Positions 1-10,082 of a stretch of DNA of 64,000 bases are shown piece after piece; position 1 is the first letter of the stretch; every line of letters begins with the position of its first letter. The notes beneath the pieces were generated by a model. That model saw only the letters and a program-made list of their open reading frames with translations, did no database searches and was not told the DNA's origin. The translations under genes were made by a program, and so were the position numbers. This stretch comes from a virus, in the IMG/VR virus record IMGVR_UViG_3300042900_000549, positions 19,722-83,721 of that record; one strand, given 5' to 3'.

Positions 1-35
1 AAACAATTGAACCACAAGTAAACTGGTCTCCCGAT

Positions 36-434
36 ATGATGGTGGAGGTTATTCTTAATGAACCAGATGACTTTTTAAAAGTACGTGAAACTCTAACACG
101 TATTGGAGTTGCATCAAGAAAAGAAAAAAAACTATACCAGAGTGCTCATATTCTCCATAAACAAGGACGATATTATATTGTAAGTTTTAAAGAACTTTTC
201 GCTCTTGATGGCAAACATGCAAATCTTACTGTAAATGATATACAACGTCGTAACAGAATTGTTCATCTTCTCGCTGATTGGGGACTTGTGTCTGTAGTAA
301 ATCCAGACAAAATTGCTGATATAGCACCTCTAAATCAAATTAAAGTTCTTCCTTTTAAAGAAAAGGGTGAGTGGGAATTAGAACAAAAATATAATATTGG
401 ATCTAAGAAACGATCTCAGGAAGTAGGGGAGTAA
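36..434 (+). CDS. regA: RegA translational repressor
   Basis: DDFLKVRETLTRIG...LYQSAHILHKQGRYYIVSFKELFALDG matches T4 RegA; the true start may lie upstream of the window. Confidence 0.95.
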   Translation: MMVEVILNEPDDFLKVRETLTRIGVASRKEKKLYQSAHILHKQGRYYIVSFKELFALDGKHANLTVNDIQRRNRIVHLLADWGLVSVVNPDKIADIAPLNQIKVLPFKEKGEWELEQKYNIGSKKRSQEVGE

Positions 435-447
435 ACCGAATAAAAAT

Positions 448-475
448 GGTGGGAAATTACATCCCACTTTTTTTA
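448..475 (+). terminator. Intrinsic terminator after regA
   Basis: GTGGGA-loop-TCCCAC followed by a T run. Confidence 0.7.
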
Positions 476-490
476 TGATCTTGTATAATT

Positions 491-549
491 AATAATGTCA
501 AATGCTTCGGGTTTGACATTATAAACCTCGCTTTTTAAGGAGAAAACAA
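491..549 (+). promoter_or_regulatory. Structured hsp20 5' UTR: UUCG hairpin plus a ROSE-like hairpin that sequesters the SD
   Basis: ATAATGTCAAA..CTTCGG..TTTGACATTAT, then CTCGCTT-TTT-AAGGAG; TGTATAAT just upstream. Confidence 0.55.
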
Positions 550-978
550 ATGAATTTACTTGCAAAGTATCAAACTGACAATGTTGAAAAATTTTTAAGA
601 GATGTTGACAGGTATTCAATTGGTATGGACGAATGGTTTCATAGAATGGGAAGCTTGCATCAAACTGAATCAAATTATCCACCGTACAATTTAGTTAAAG
701 AAAATAACATTACTTTTAGATTGGAAGTTGCTCTCGCAGGATTTAAAAAAGAAGAAATTTTTGTAACTACCGAATCAGGTAAACTCTTCGTTGAAGGGCA
801 AACTGAAAAGGAAGATGTTGAATATGTACATCAGGGATTGGCAAAAAGGGCATTCACCCGATCTTGGACTTTATCAGACGATGTAGAAGTCTGTAATGTA
901 GTTTTTGAGGATGGATTATTGACTATTGAGTTGAAACGAATTATTCCGGAACATCAGCAAAAGAAAGTTTGGTTTTAA
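550..978 (+). CDS. hsp20: Small heat shock protein Hsp20
   Basis: NYPPYNL, LEVALAGFKKEEI, GLAKRAFTRSW, FEDGLLTI alpha-crystallin motifs; regA-hsp20-gp43 synteny typical of cyanophages. Confidence 0.95.
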   Translation: MNLLAKYQTDNVEKFLRDVDRYSIGMDEWFHRMGSLHQTESNYPPYNLVKENNITFRLEVALAGFKKEEIFVTTESGKLFVEGQTEKEDVEYVHQGLAKRAFTRSWTLSDDVEVCNVVFEDGLLTIELKRIIPEHQQKKVWF

Positions 979-1001
979 ATAGTATTTAATATCATTATCG
1001 C

Positions 1002-1056
1002 TAGAGGGGTGAACTGGCAAAATTCAGTTGACATCCCTCTTTTTTTATGTTAAAGT
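1002..1056 (+). terminator. Terminator hairpin overlapping a sigma70-like promoter
   Basis: AGAGGGGTG...CATCCCTCT plus T run; TTGACA(1028)-17 bp-TAAAGT. Confidence 0.6.
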
Positions 1057-1077
1057 GCATACACGTATGAGAGTATT

Positions 1078-1434
1078 ATGACTGTAAAACTTGTAATCTT
1101 CAAATCTGGAGAAAATATAATTTCAGATGTTAAAGAAGGTTTTTATGGAGAAAAACTTGCTTGCTATATTCTAGAAAATCCATGCAAAGTGTTTGTCAAT
1201 GGATCTTATAAAGTAATTGATGATGATCAAGATGCTGGAAATATGGTAAGTATTTCATTGCATCAATGGCCTTCACTGTCTAAAGATACAACAATAGAAA
1301 TTGTTCCTGAGTGGATTGTTACTCTTGTGGAACCAAATTCTCAACTTAAAGAAATGTATGAAACTCAGGTATTAGAAAATGGAAACGAAATTGATAGTAT
1401 TACAGAACAACTTGATGTTAGTAACACAGATTGA
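1078..1434 (+). CDS. Conserved cyanophage hypothetical protein
   Basis: ORF in the conserved hsp20-gp43 interval. Confidence 0.75.
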   Translation: MTVKLVIFKSGENIISDVKEGFYGEKLACYILENPCKVFVNGSYKVIDDDQDAGNMVSISLHQWPSLSKDTTIEIVPEWIVTLVEPNSQLKEMYETQVLENGNEIDSITEQLDVSNTD

Positions 1435-1630
1435 GGAAGTTGGTGTAGATATTGGTGAACCCGATTGTAAGTTAATTAAACCATTTGTCCTTCATAAAGA
1501 TGAAACATTGTCTCCTTGGTTAATTGATGTTACTAGTGAAACTACTTTTATGATTAGTTCCGAAAAGATACTAACTCTTACTAATCCAAAACCAACTCTT
1601 CTTGAAAAATATCAAAATCTTACTAAATAA
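1379..1630 (+). CDS. Conserved cyanophage hypothetical protein
   Basis: DIGEPDCKLIKPF motif; stop overlaps the gp43 start. Confidence 0.75.
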   Translation: METKLIVLQNNLMLVTQIEEVGVDIGEPDCKLIKPFVLHKDETLSPWLIDVTSETTFMISSEKILTLTNPKPTLLEKYQNLTK

Positions 1631-4128
1631 TGCGCTTTTACACAAACGTACAAATGATCGGGAATAAGTTTCTCGTTCGCGGTTATGATAATGGTGAACA
1701 CGTTATGTTTAAAGAAGAGTATTCACCTACTCTTTTTGTAAAATCAAAAAATGAATCAAAATACAAAACTCTAGAAGGAGAATATGTAGAACCAATTCAA
1801 CCTGGTTCAGTGAAAGATTGTCGTGAATTTTATAAAAAGTATGACGGTATAGAAAATTTTAAGATTTATGGAAATGAACGATATGTGTACCAGTACATAT
1901 CAGACAAATATCCAGAAGATGAAATTAAGTTTGATACTACTAAAATTAAATTGGTGACTCTTGATATTGAAACCACTTCAGAAAATGGATTTCCTGATCC
2001 AAAAGAGTGTGTTGAAGAAATACTATTAATTACAATTCAAGATTACACCACTAAGCAGATTATTACTTGGGGAACAAGATCTTTTAATAATACTCAAAAG
2101 AATGTAAAGTATATTGAATGTGAATCTGAATATGCTCTTCTTAATTCATTTCTTCATTATTGGGAAAATAATACTCCAGAGGTAGTAACTGGGTGGAACA
2201 TTGAATTTTTTGATATTCCTTATATTTGCGGAAGATTGAATAGAGTTCTTGGTGATAAGAGAGCAAAATGTTTTTCTCCTTGGGGACTAGTTTCTCAAAA
2301 TGAAGTGTGGGTAAATAATCGTCAACAGATTTGTTATGATATTAAGGGAATATCTCAACTAGATTATTTAAAACTTTATAAGTGGTCTCCAGCAACTTCT
2401 AATCAGGAATCGTATCGTCTAGATCATATTGCAAGCGTAGAACTGGGGCAGAAAAAATTAGATCACTCCGAGTTTGATACTTTCAAGGACTTTTATACCA
2501 GGGGGTGGCAAAAGTTTGTAGAATATAATATTGTTGACGTAGAACTTGTTGACCGTTTGGAAGACAAGATGAAACTGATTGAACTTGCTCTTACGATGGC
2601 ATATGATGGTAAAGTGAACTATGAGGATGTGTTTTCACAGGTTAGAATGTGGGACACTATTATCTACAATTACTTGAAGAAGAGAAATACGGTTATTCCA
2701 CCAAAAGAAAAAACTGATAAAAATGAGAAGTATGCTGGTGCTTATGTAAAAGAACCTGTTCCGGGTGTTTATGATTGGGTTGTTAATTTCGATTTAAACA
2801 GTCTATATCCACATTTAATTATGCAATTCAATCTGAGTCCAGAAACTCTTGTTGATGAAAGGCACCCTACTGTAACTGTAGATAAGATTCTTAATCAAGA
2901 ACTTACTTTTGAGAAGTATGGTGATTATGCAGTGTGCCCTAATGGTGCTATGTATCGCAAGGATATCCGTGGATTTCTTCCGGAACTAATGGAAAAAATG
3001 TACAATGATCGTGTCATTTTTAAGGAAAAAATGATTGATGCAAAAAAACAGTATGAGAAGAAAAAAACAAAAGAATTGGAGAAGGAAATTTCCAGATGCA
3101 ATAACATTCAAATGGCAAAAAAGATCTCTCTTAACTCTGCTTATGGAGCCATTGGAAATGAATGGTTCAGGTACTTTAAATTAGCAAATGCTGAAGCAAT
3201 TACTTTGTCTGGACAAGTTGCAATTCGTTGGATTGAGAGTAAAATGAATATATATTTCAATAAACTACTCAAAACTGAGGATGTGGATTATGTTATTGCT
3301 TCTGACACTGACTCCATTTATCTTCATATGGGTCCTCTGGTTGAAACTATATACAAAGGACGAGAGAAAACTACTGAAAGCGTTGTTTCGTTCCTTGATA
3401 AGATCTGTCAAGTGGAACTTGAAAAGTATATTGAAGGTTGCTACCAAGAACTGGCGGAGTATATGAATGCATATGACCAGAAAATGCAGATGAAGCGGGA
3501 GAATATTGCTGACCGTGGAATTTGGACTGCCAAGAAACGCTATATTATGAACGTTTGGGATAGTGAGGGTGTTCGCTATACTGAACCAAAACTTAAAATT
3601 ATGGGTATTGAAGCAATTAAATCTTCAACTCCAGCACCTTGCCGTCAGATGATTAAAAATGCTTTAAAACTAATGATGAATGGAACCGAAACTGATATTA
3701 TAAATTTCATTGAAAAATGCAGAGTTGACTTTTACAAATTATCTCCAGAAGAAATTTCATTTCCTCGATCAGTTTCTGATGTAATAAAATATAAATGTTC
3801 AAACGGCATTTATGGTAAAGGAACTCCAATTAATGTTCGTGGGGCATTGCTTTTCAATCATCATATTAAAGAAAAAAAATTAACAAACAAATATTCTTTG
3901 ATACAAAATGGAGAGAAAATTAAATATTGTTACTTAAAAAAACCAAATCCAATCTATGAAAATGTTATATCATTCATTCAAGATTTTCCTAAAGAATTGG
4001 GTCTAAATTCTTATATTGATTATGATACTCAATTTGAAAAAGGATTTCTTGAACCACTCAAAGTAATTTTAAATGCTATCGGGTGGGATGATGAGAAAAA
4101 AGTTACACTTGATTCTTTCTTCTCTTAG
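1630..4128 (+). CDS. gp43: Family B DNA polymerase gp43
   Basis: DIET exonuclease I motif, DLNSLYP, KISLNSAYG and DTDS motifs. Confidence 0.98.
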   Translation: MRFYTNVQMIGNKFLVRGYDNGEHVMFKEEYSPTLFVKSKNESKYKTLEGEYVEPIQPGSVKDCREFYKKYDGIENFKIYGNERYVYQYISDKYPEDEIKFDTTKIKLVTLDIETTSENGFPDPKECVEEILLITIQDYTTKQIITWGTRSFNNTQKNVKYIECESEYALLNSFLHYWENNTPEVVTGWNIEFFDIPYICGRLNRVLGDKRAKCFSPWGLVSQNEVWVNNRQQICYDIKGISQLDYLKLYKWSPATSNQESYRLDHIASVELGQKKLDHSEFDTFKDFYTRGWQKFVEYNIVDVELVDRLEDKMKLIELALTMAYDGKVNYEDVFSQVRMWDTIIYNYLKKRNTVIPPKEKTDKNEKYAGAYVKEPVPGVYDWVVNFDLNSLYPHLIMQFNLSPETLVDERHPTVTVDKILNQELTFEKYGDYAVCPNGAMYRKDIRGFLPELMEKMYNDRVIFKEKMIDAKKQYEKKKTKELEKEISRCNNIQMAKKISLNSAYGAIGNEWFRYFKLANAEAITLSGQVAIRWIESKMNIYFNKLLKTEDVDYVIASDTDSIYLHMGPLVETIYKGREKTTESVVSFLDKICQVELEKYIEGCYQELAEYMNAYDQKMQMKRENIADRGIWTAKKRYIMNVWDSEGVRYTEPKLKIMGIEAIKSSTPAPCRQMIKNALKLMMNGTETDIINFIEKCRVDFYKLSPEEISFPRSVSDVIKYKCSNGIYGKGTPINVRGALLFNHHIKEKKLTNKYSLIQNGEKIKYCYLKKPNPIYENVISFIQDFPKELGLNSYIDYDTQFEKGFLEPLKVILNAIGWDDEKKVTLDSFFS

Positions 4129-4135
4129 TGATAGA

Positions 4136-4258
4136 ATGAATCTACCTATTTCAGAAAAAGAACTCAAGTATATACTTGAAAGGGTAAAAGAAAATCGAAA
4201 ACTTTATAATAAATTATGGAGTTTTTGGATTGAATACACACATCAAAATAGCAAATAA
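4136..4258 (+). CDS. Small hypothetical protein (40 aa)
   Basis: ATG at 4136 fills the gp43-uvsX gap. Confidence 0.55.
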   Translation: MNLPISEKELKYILERVKENRKLYNKLWSFWIEYTHQNSK

Positions 4259-4260
4259 AT

Positions 4261-5262
4261 ATGGACTTTCTTAAAGATATTGTAAAAGAAATTGGTGGAG
4301 AATACACCCAACTTGCTTCGGATATTGATGAAACTGAAACTTATGTGGATACGGGTTCGTACGTTTTTAACGCTCTTGTATCTGGTAGTATATTTGGTGG
4401 TGTATCTGGGAATAAGATTACTGCAATCGCTGGAGAAACTTCTACTGGAAAAACTTTCTTCAGTCTTGCCGTCGTTAAAAATTTCCTTGATAATAATCCT
4501 ACTGGATATTGTCTGTATTTTGATACTGAAGCAGCAGTCACAAAGTCCCTTCTGGAAAGTAGGGGAGTTGACACAAATCGTTTGGTGGTTGTCAATGTAG
4601 TTACGGTAGAAGAATTCCGCACAAAAGCACTTAAGGCAGTTGATATTTACCTAAAGAAAAAAGAGGATGAAAGAAATCCTTGTATTTTGGTATTGGACTC
4701 TCTGGGAATGCTTTCAACGAATAAAGAGATTAATGATGCCTTGGCTGAGAAAGATACGCGGGATATGACTAAGGCACAACTTATCAAAGGTGCCTTTCGT
4801 ATGCTGACTCTCAAATTGGGACAGGCAAAGATTCCTATGCTAGTTACAAATCACACATATGATAGTATGAGTCTTTATGGTGGAAAGCAAATGTCGGGTG
4901 GTTCTGGACTACAATATGCAGCGTCTACAATCATCTATCTTTCTAAGTCAAAGGAGAAAGATGGAACCGAAGTAATTGGAAACATTATCAAGGCAAAGAC
5001 TCACAAATCACGTTTAAGTAAGGAAAATCAACAAGTAGAAATTCGTCTATTCTATGATTCACGGGGTCTTGACCGTCACTATGGTCTTCTTGAACTTGGT
5101 GAATTGGGTGAACTCTGGAAGAACGTAGCAGGTCGTTATGAGATTGATGGTAAGAAAATCTATGCCAAAGAGATTCTTAAAAGTCCAGAAAAGTATTTTA
5201 CTGATGAGGTAATGGAAAAACTTGATGTAATTGCTAAAGGCGAATTTAGTTACGGAGCATAA
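4261..5262 (+). CDS. uvsX: RecA-like recombinase UvsX
   Basis: Walker A GETSTGKT, YFDTE, LDSLG, MSGGSG. Confidence 0.95.
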   Translation: MDFLKDIVKEIGGEYTQLASDIDETETYVDTGSYVFNALVSGSIFGGVSGNKITAIAGETSTGKTFFSLAVVKNFLDNNPTGYCLYFDTEAAVTKSLLESRGVDTNRLVVVNVVTVEEFRTKALKAVDIYLKKKEDERNPCILVLDSLGMLSTNKEINDALAEKDTRDMTKAQLIKGAFRMLTLKLGQAKIPMLVTNHTYDSMSLYGGKQMSGGSGLQYAASTIIYLSKSKEKDGTEVIGNIIKAKTHKSRLSKENQQVEIRLFYDSRGLDRHYGLLELGELGELWKNVAGRYEIDGKKIYAKEILKSPEKYFTDEVMEKLDVIAKGEFSYGA

Positions 5263-5268
5263 AATTAA

Positions 5269-6654
5269 ATGGAGAAAATTGAGTTTCTAATTTTGAGAAA
5301 CCTATTATATAATGAAGATTATACTAGGAAAGTATTACCGTTTATTAAAGCAGATTATTTCCAAGATTCTAATCAAAGAATTGTATTTGAAGAAATATAC
5401 TCCTTTATTTCAGAATATAATAAACTCGCTACCAAAGAAGTTCTCTGTATTGAATTAGAAAAAAGAAATGACTTAAATGAAGAAACCTTTAAAGAAACTC
5501 TGAATGTAGTTTTTGCTCTCGAAGATGTTCCTGTTGAGAAGAACTGGGTTGTTGATACTACCGAAAAGTGGTGTCGTGATAGGGCAATCTATCTTGCACT
5601 TATGGAATCTATTCATATTGCGGATGGTGGTGATGGTAAGAAAAATCGTGATTCAATTCCATCAATTCTTTCCGATGCTCTTGCAGTAAGTTTTGATAAT
5701 CACGTTGGACACGATTATCTTCAGGATTATGAAGAACGTTATGAATCTTATAGAAGAAAGGAGGATAAAATTGAATTTGATCTTGAGTATTTTAACAAAA
5801 TCACCAAAGGCGGTCTCCCCAACAAAACTCTTAATATTTGTTTAGCTGGAACAGGAGCTGGAAAAAGTTTGTTTATGTGTCACGTGGCAGCATCAGTTCT
5901 TCTACAAGGTAAAAATGTTCTGTACATTACGCTTGAAATGTCGGAAGAAAAAATTGCTGAAAGAATTGATGCAAATCTCTTAAATGTCAATATTCAAGAT
6001 ATTGCAGAACTTCCTAAAAGTGTATTTGAATCTAAAGTTAATAGTATTGCTAAAAAAACTCAAGGTACTTTGATCATCAAAGAGTATCCTACTGCTTCTG
6101 CTCACTCTGGTCATTTTAAGGGATTAATTAATGAACTTGCTCTCAAGAAATCATTTAAACCTGATATTATCTTTATTGATTATTTGAATATTTGCTCCTC
6201 GTCTAGATTTAAAGGTGGGAGTAATATAAATTCCTATACACTAGTTAAGTCTATTGCGGAAGAACTTCGTGGTCTTGCTGTGGAATTTAATATTCCTATT
6301 GTCAGTGCAACACAGACTACCAGATCCGGTTTTGGATCATCTGATGTTGAACTAACGGATACTTCAGAATCTTTCGGTCTTCCTGCGACTGCTGACCTTA
6401 TGTTTGCTCTGATTAGTACTGAAGAACTTGAAGAACTTGGGCAAATTATGGTTAAACAACTTAAAAATCGGTATAATGACCCAACACTATATAAAAGATT
6501 TGTTGTTGGAATAGATAGGGCAAAAATGAGACTTTATGATGTAGAACAAAGTGCTCAGAAAGATATACTTGACTCTGGTAAAGAAGAAGAGTATAATTAC
6601 GAAGAAACTAAAAATTCATCACTAAAAGAAAAATTTGGACAATTTAAATACTAA
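5269..6654 (+). CDS. gp41: Replicative helicase gp41
   Basis: AGTGAGKS, LEMSEE, IDYLNI, SATQTTR, QLKNRY. Confidence 0.97.
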   Translation: MEKIEFLILRNLLYNEDYTRKVLPFIKADYFQDSNQRIVFEEIYSFISEYNKLATKEVLCIELEKRNDLNEETFKETLNVVFALEDVPVEKNWVVDTTEKWCRDRAIYLALMESIHIADGGDGKKNRDSIPSILSDALAVSFDNHVGHDYLQDYEERYESYRRKEDKIEFDLEYFNKITKGGLPNKTLNICLAGTGAGKSLFMCHVAASVLLQGKNVLYITLEMSEEKIAERIDANLLNVNIQDIAELPKSVFESKVNSIAKKTQGTLIIKEYPTASAHSGHFKGLINELALKKSFKPDIIFIDYLNICSSSRFKGGSNINSYTLVKSIAEELRGLAVEFNIPIVSATQTTRSGFGSSDVELTDTSESFGLPATADLMFALISTEELEELGQIMVKQLKNRYNDPTLYKRFVVGIDRAKMRLYDVEQSAQKDILDSGKEEEYNYEETKNSSLKEKFGQFKY

Positions 6655-6655
6655 T

Positions 6656-7069
6656 ATGACACAAGTAATTGATACAAACAAATATATTGAATTTGTTCGT
6701 CAGACTACAAGTCCTGCAAGCAGTGACTTCGCAGCACTTCTTACACGACTAACAGAGCTTGAGGTATCTGCTAACGCTGATGTTCCTCGTCTTATGACTG
6801 CTGCTTTTGGTATCAGTGCAGAAGCGGGAGAGTTCACTGAAGTTATTAAAAAAATCTTCTTGCAGGGTAAACCTTATAATGAAAATAATGTCTTTCACCT
6901 AAAACGAGAATTGGGTGATATTTGTTGGTACATTGCACAAGCATGTATGGCTCTTGATACTACTTTTGAGGAGGTTCTACAAATGAACTATGAAAAATTG
7001 AGTGCTCGTTACCCAGAAGGAACTTTTGATGTATTTCGAAGTGAAAATCGTGTAGAAGGAGATTTGTGA
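6656..7069 (+). CDS. mazG: MazG-like nucleoside triphosphate pyrophosphohydrolase
   Basis: AEAGEFTEVIKK...ELGDICWY...KLSARYP. Confidence 0.92.
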   Translation: MTQVIDTNKYIEFVRQTTSPASSDFAALLTRLTELEVSANADVPRLMTAAFGISAEAGEFTEVIKKIFLQGKPYNENNVFHLKRELGDICWYIAQACMALDTTFEEVLQMNYEKLSARYPEGTFDVFRSENRVEGDL

Positions 7070-7094
7070 AATAAAATGATCTAAATATAATGCA

Positions 7095-7127
7095 ATAGGA
7101 TAGTTTTTAAACTGTCCTATTTTTTTA
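7095..7127 (+). terminator. Intrinsic terminator
   Basis: AATAGGATAG...CTGTCCTATT plus T run. Confidence 0.65.
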
Positions 7128-7183
7128 TAGCATAAATTTTCAAAAAAATTAGAACAAATAAATATAATTATATCTAACTACAT

Positions 7184-7825
7184 ATGAAAAAGTTCTCTCA
7201 ATTCATTCAAGAAGCAAATAATACCTTGTCTGAGTTTGTTGACAAGAATAAAAATCTTGCTGTCTTTAATGCAAAAAGAGTTCGTCTTCCTAGTGGTGGA
7301 AGATTAGTTCCCAATGGTCATGGTGATTATCACGATAGTGTAACTGGCGAATTTATTGCAAAATCAAAAGTTACTTCTGGAGGAACAGTTGCTTTAAAAT
7401 TTTCCAATCAAAATCAAAGAATTGGAAAAAGAGATCGTGATCAAGATAGATCTAAACTTTCACCACTTGTCCCACCATCACACCAAGTTGCAGAAGAGTT
7501 TGAAAAACAATTACGAGATAAGTATGTTCGTGGAGAAATATTCAATGAGGGGGATTGGGTGGAAAATCCCAATACTGGTTTAACTGGAAAGATTATTCGT
7601 AGAGGAACAAATTATCTTATCTGTGTTACGGAAGATAATGTGATGTTTAAACCTTGGATTAGAGATGTTGTGGAATGGACGAATAAATCTGGAGTTCCCG
7701 CAAATCAAAGAGAAGTTGGAACTGACGCTCTACGCAAATATGTTATGTCAGTTTCCGATACTAAGGCAATTGATAATTTTAGTATTAAAAAATTCATAAA
7801 TAAGTATAAAGTAAAAAGAACATAA
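7184..7825 (+). CDS. Hypothetical protein resembling the N- and C-termini of the cyanophage cytidylyltransferase-like protein
   Basis: MKKFSQFIQEA leader and GKIIRRGTNYLICVTE C-terminal block; no HIGH-type catalytic motif seen. Confidence 0.6.
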   Translation: MKKFSQFIQEANNTLSEFVDKNKNLAVFNAKRVRLPSGGRLVPNGHGDYHDSVTGEFIAKSKVTSGGTVALKFSNQNQRIGKRDRDQDRSKLSPLVPPSHQVAEEFEKQLRDKYVRGEIFNEGDWVENPNTGLTGKIIRRGTNYLICVTEDNVMFKPWIRDVVEWTNKSGVPANQREVGTDALRKYVMSVSDTKAIDNFSIKKFINKYKVKRT

Positions 7826-7829
7826 GAAA

Positions 7830-9887
7830 ATGCTATCTCATATCACGACCGATTTACATCAAGTATATCTTGAAGAAGTTTTTACTCCTCAATTAGGGAA
7901 ACCTGGGGCATCTACTCCAGCAAAATCCAAATCTTCTTCAGATATTGATGGTGACGGAGATGTTGACTCTTTTGAGAAAAAAGTTCGTCAAGTAGTTTAT
8001 GATGTTCGTCATATAATGAAAGAAAAGAAAGTTCCTGCTGAAAAAGCATTTGAACTGAGAACCTCAAAAACTAACTATGGTGCAGAAGTAATTAATACCG
8101 CGAAAGAAAAACTTGGCATTAGAGGTGGATCAGTAACTTCTGTGTCTGAAGAATCTTCTACAAGAATGGTGAAAGTAACTATAAATTATAAAAATGGTAC
8201 AATTGATAGGAGGAATGTACCTTATGGTGAAATCTCTCAATTAAGAAGTAAACCGACAATTAGTTCTGTTGAAATAAGTTCAAATAAAGTTTCTTATTCC
8301 AATTCTAGCAAAGGATTAGATCCAGTAGGTCAAGAAGACTCTGATATTAATAATGATGGTAAGGTAAATAAAACTGATGGATACCTTAAAAAAAGGAGAA
8401 GTGCAATTGGAGGCGCTATTGCATCAAGAACTTCTAAAAAGAAATTGAAAACTTATGGTGTAAGTGAAGAATTTTCAAATTGGAGAGAAGATCTTAAGGA
8501 AGTAGTTTCTAATGTTTCTGATGAAATTGCTTCAAGAAAGGAAAAGCAAATAAAAGAAAAACCTGTAAATAATTATAAAGATAAAATTGTTGTTATTAAT
8601 CCAACCTTTAGTGAAAAAAATGACATTCTTGGTGGTACAATATTAGAAGCATTTGAACTTAATGAAGACTATCTTAATGAGGCAGTAGATATTGCTACTG
8701 AGTTTTTCTGTAACTGCGGACTAAATGAGAATGGAGTTTATAGTGTTATTGAAGAACTTGGGGAAGAAAAATTCACTGAATTTGTTTTTGATCTTGCTGA
8801 AGAATATTTCTTAAGTGAATCTAGAACTTTAATTGGAAAGAAAAAATCTCCTGCAACTGGAAAACAATTAGGAATTTCTAGAAAAGCAGCACCAGGAAAA
8901 ACAACAAAAGCAGCAGTTGAAAAGGGTGGAACTACTTCTAAAATGCAATCAGCACCTCGCTCCGGAACTATTAAGAAAAAAGATATTGGAAAAGCAATAG
9001 ATGCAGATAAAGCAAAACAGGCAGTAGATACCGCAAAAAAAACTCAAGCACCTTCATCCGAAAAATCTAGGCCTGCCGGACAAGAAAAAATTCGTCAAAC
9101 AGCGAAGTCGGCAATTGCAAGAGCAACATCACCCGAAGCAAAAAAAACTGTTGGTAATATCGCAAAAGGTGCTGCCGATACTGTTGCTAGAGTTGGACTT
9201 TCTGCTTGGGAAGGTCATAAGAAAGCAATGGAAACTAAAAAGAAAGGTGGATCTGTTGCACAACAACTTGGTTCAGGTGCTGGAAAGGCATTGAAAAGTT
9301 TTTTCACAAGGGGAACTAAACAATTTAAAGAATGGGTTGAGTACTTGATTAGTGAAGGATATGATCTTTCTGATTCGACTACTGAAGAACTCTATGAAGA
9401 ATATGGATACTTATGTGAGAAGGCGGAAAGTGAGCAACAGCAAAAACTTTTTGGACTTGCTCTCTCAGTAAAGCGTGGCGACACACCAAGATCTGAAGCA
9501 AGTGCTGAAGTTATTAAAATTGTTGATACTATGAGTGAAAAGAAAATACGTGATTTTGCATCAACTTCTCATAGTGAAGTTCCTAAAAAAAAAGTAACTG
9601 AAGCGATTTCTAGAGTAAGACCTGGCCGCCGCACGGATACCGAAAGCCGACAGAGGGAGATTATGAAAATACAAACGGATAATGCAAGAGAAAAAATTGG
9701 TGAAGATATAGATTCTTTTGCAACGGCCAATCCAAATATATCTACATTGAATGTGAGAATTGCTAGATTGAAAGCGTTAAATGATCCGAATAAGGAAAAA
9801 CTACTAAAGACGTTAATTACTCAACAACAAAGACTTGAATTGCAGGCATCGACAAAAAAAACTAAGGTATCCGAACCTCAAACATAA
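7830..9887 (+). CDS. Large Lys/Ala-rich modular protein, probable internal head or virion protein
   Basis: DxDGDG loops, a DUF3008-like module (AESEQQQKLFGLAL..KRG), repeated acidic L/IxE boxes. Confidence 0.65.
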   Translation: MLSHITTDLHQVYLEEVFTPQLGKPGASTPAKSKSSSDIDGDGDVDSFEKKVRQVVYDVRHIMKEKKVPAEKAFELRTSKTNYGAEVINTAKEKLGIRGGSVTSVSEESSTRMVKVTINYKNGTIDRRNVPYGEISQLRSKPTISSVEISSNKVSYSNSSKGLDPVGQEDSDINNDGKVNKTDGYLKKRRSAIGGAIASRTSKKKLKTYGVSEEFSNWREDLKEVVSNVSDEIASRKEKQIKEKPVNNYKDKIVVINPTFSEKNDILGGTILEAFELNEDYLNEAVDIATEFFCNCGLNENGVYSVIEELGEEKFTEFVFDLAEEYFLSESRTLIGKKKSPATGKQLGISRKAAPGKTTKAAVEKGGTTSKMQSAPRSGTIKKKDIGKAIDADKAKQAVDTAKKTQAPSSEKSRPAGQEKIRQTAKSAIARATSPEAKKTVGNIAKGAADTVARVGLSAWEGHKKAMETKKKGGSVAQQLGSGAGKALKSFFTRGTKQFKEWVEYLISEGYDLSDSTTEELYEEYGYLCEKAESEQQQKLFGLALSVKRGDTPRSEASAEVIKIVDTMSEKKIRDFASTSHSEVPKKKVTEAISRVRPGRRTDTESRQREIMKIQTDNAREKIGEDIDSFATANPNISTLNVRIARLKALNDPNKEKLLKTLITQQQRLELQASTKKTKVSEPQT

Positions 9888-10082
9888 AATGTTTTTTATG
9901 AACCAGAAGGCGATGTAATTTGTGAAAAAATAAGATAATAAAAATTTACGAACAAAAACTACCCCCCATCTCCGACAGATCATAGACTAAGATTTGGAAA
10001 ATTTGATGAATTGTTAAAATAAGTAAAATCTCTAAATATATTAGGATACAAAATCTCAAACAAATTCATTCGGGAGAAAACA

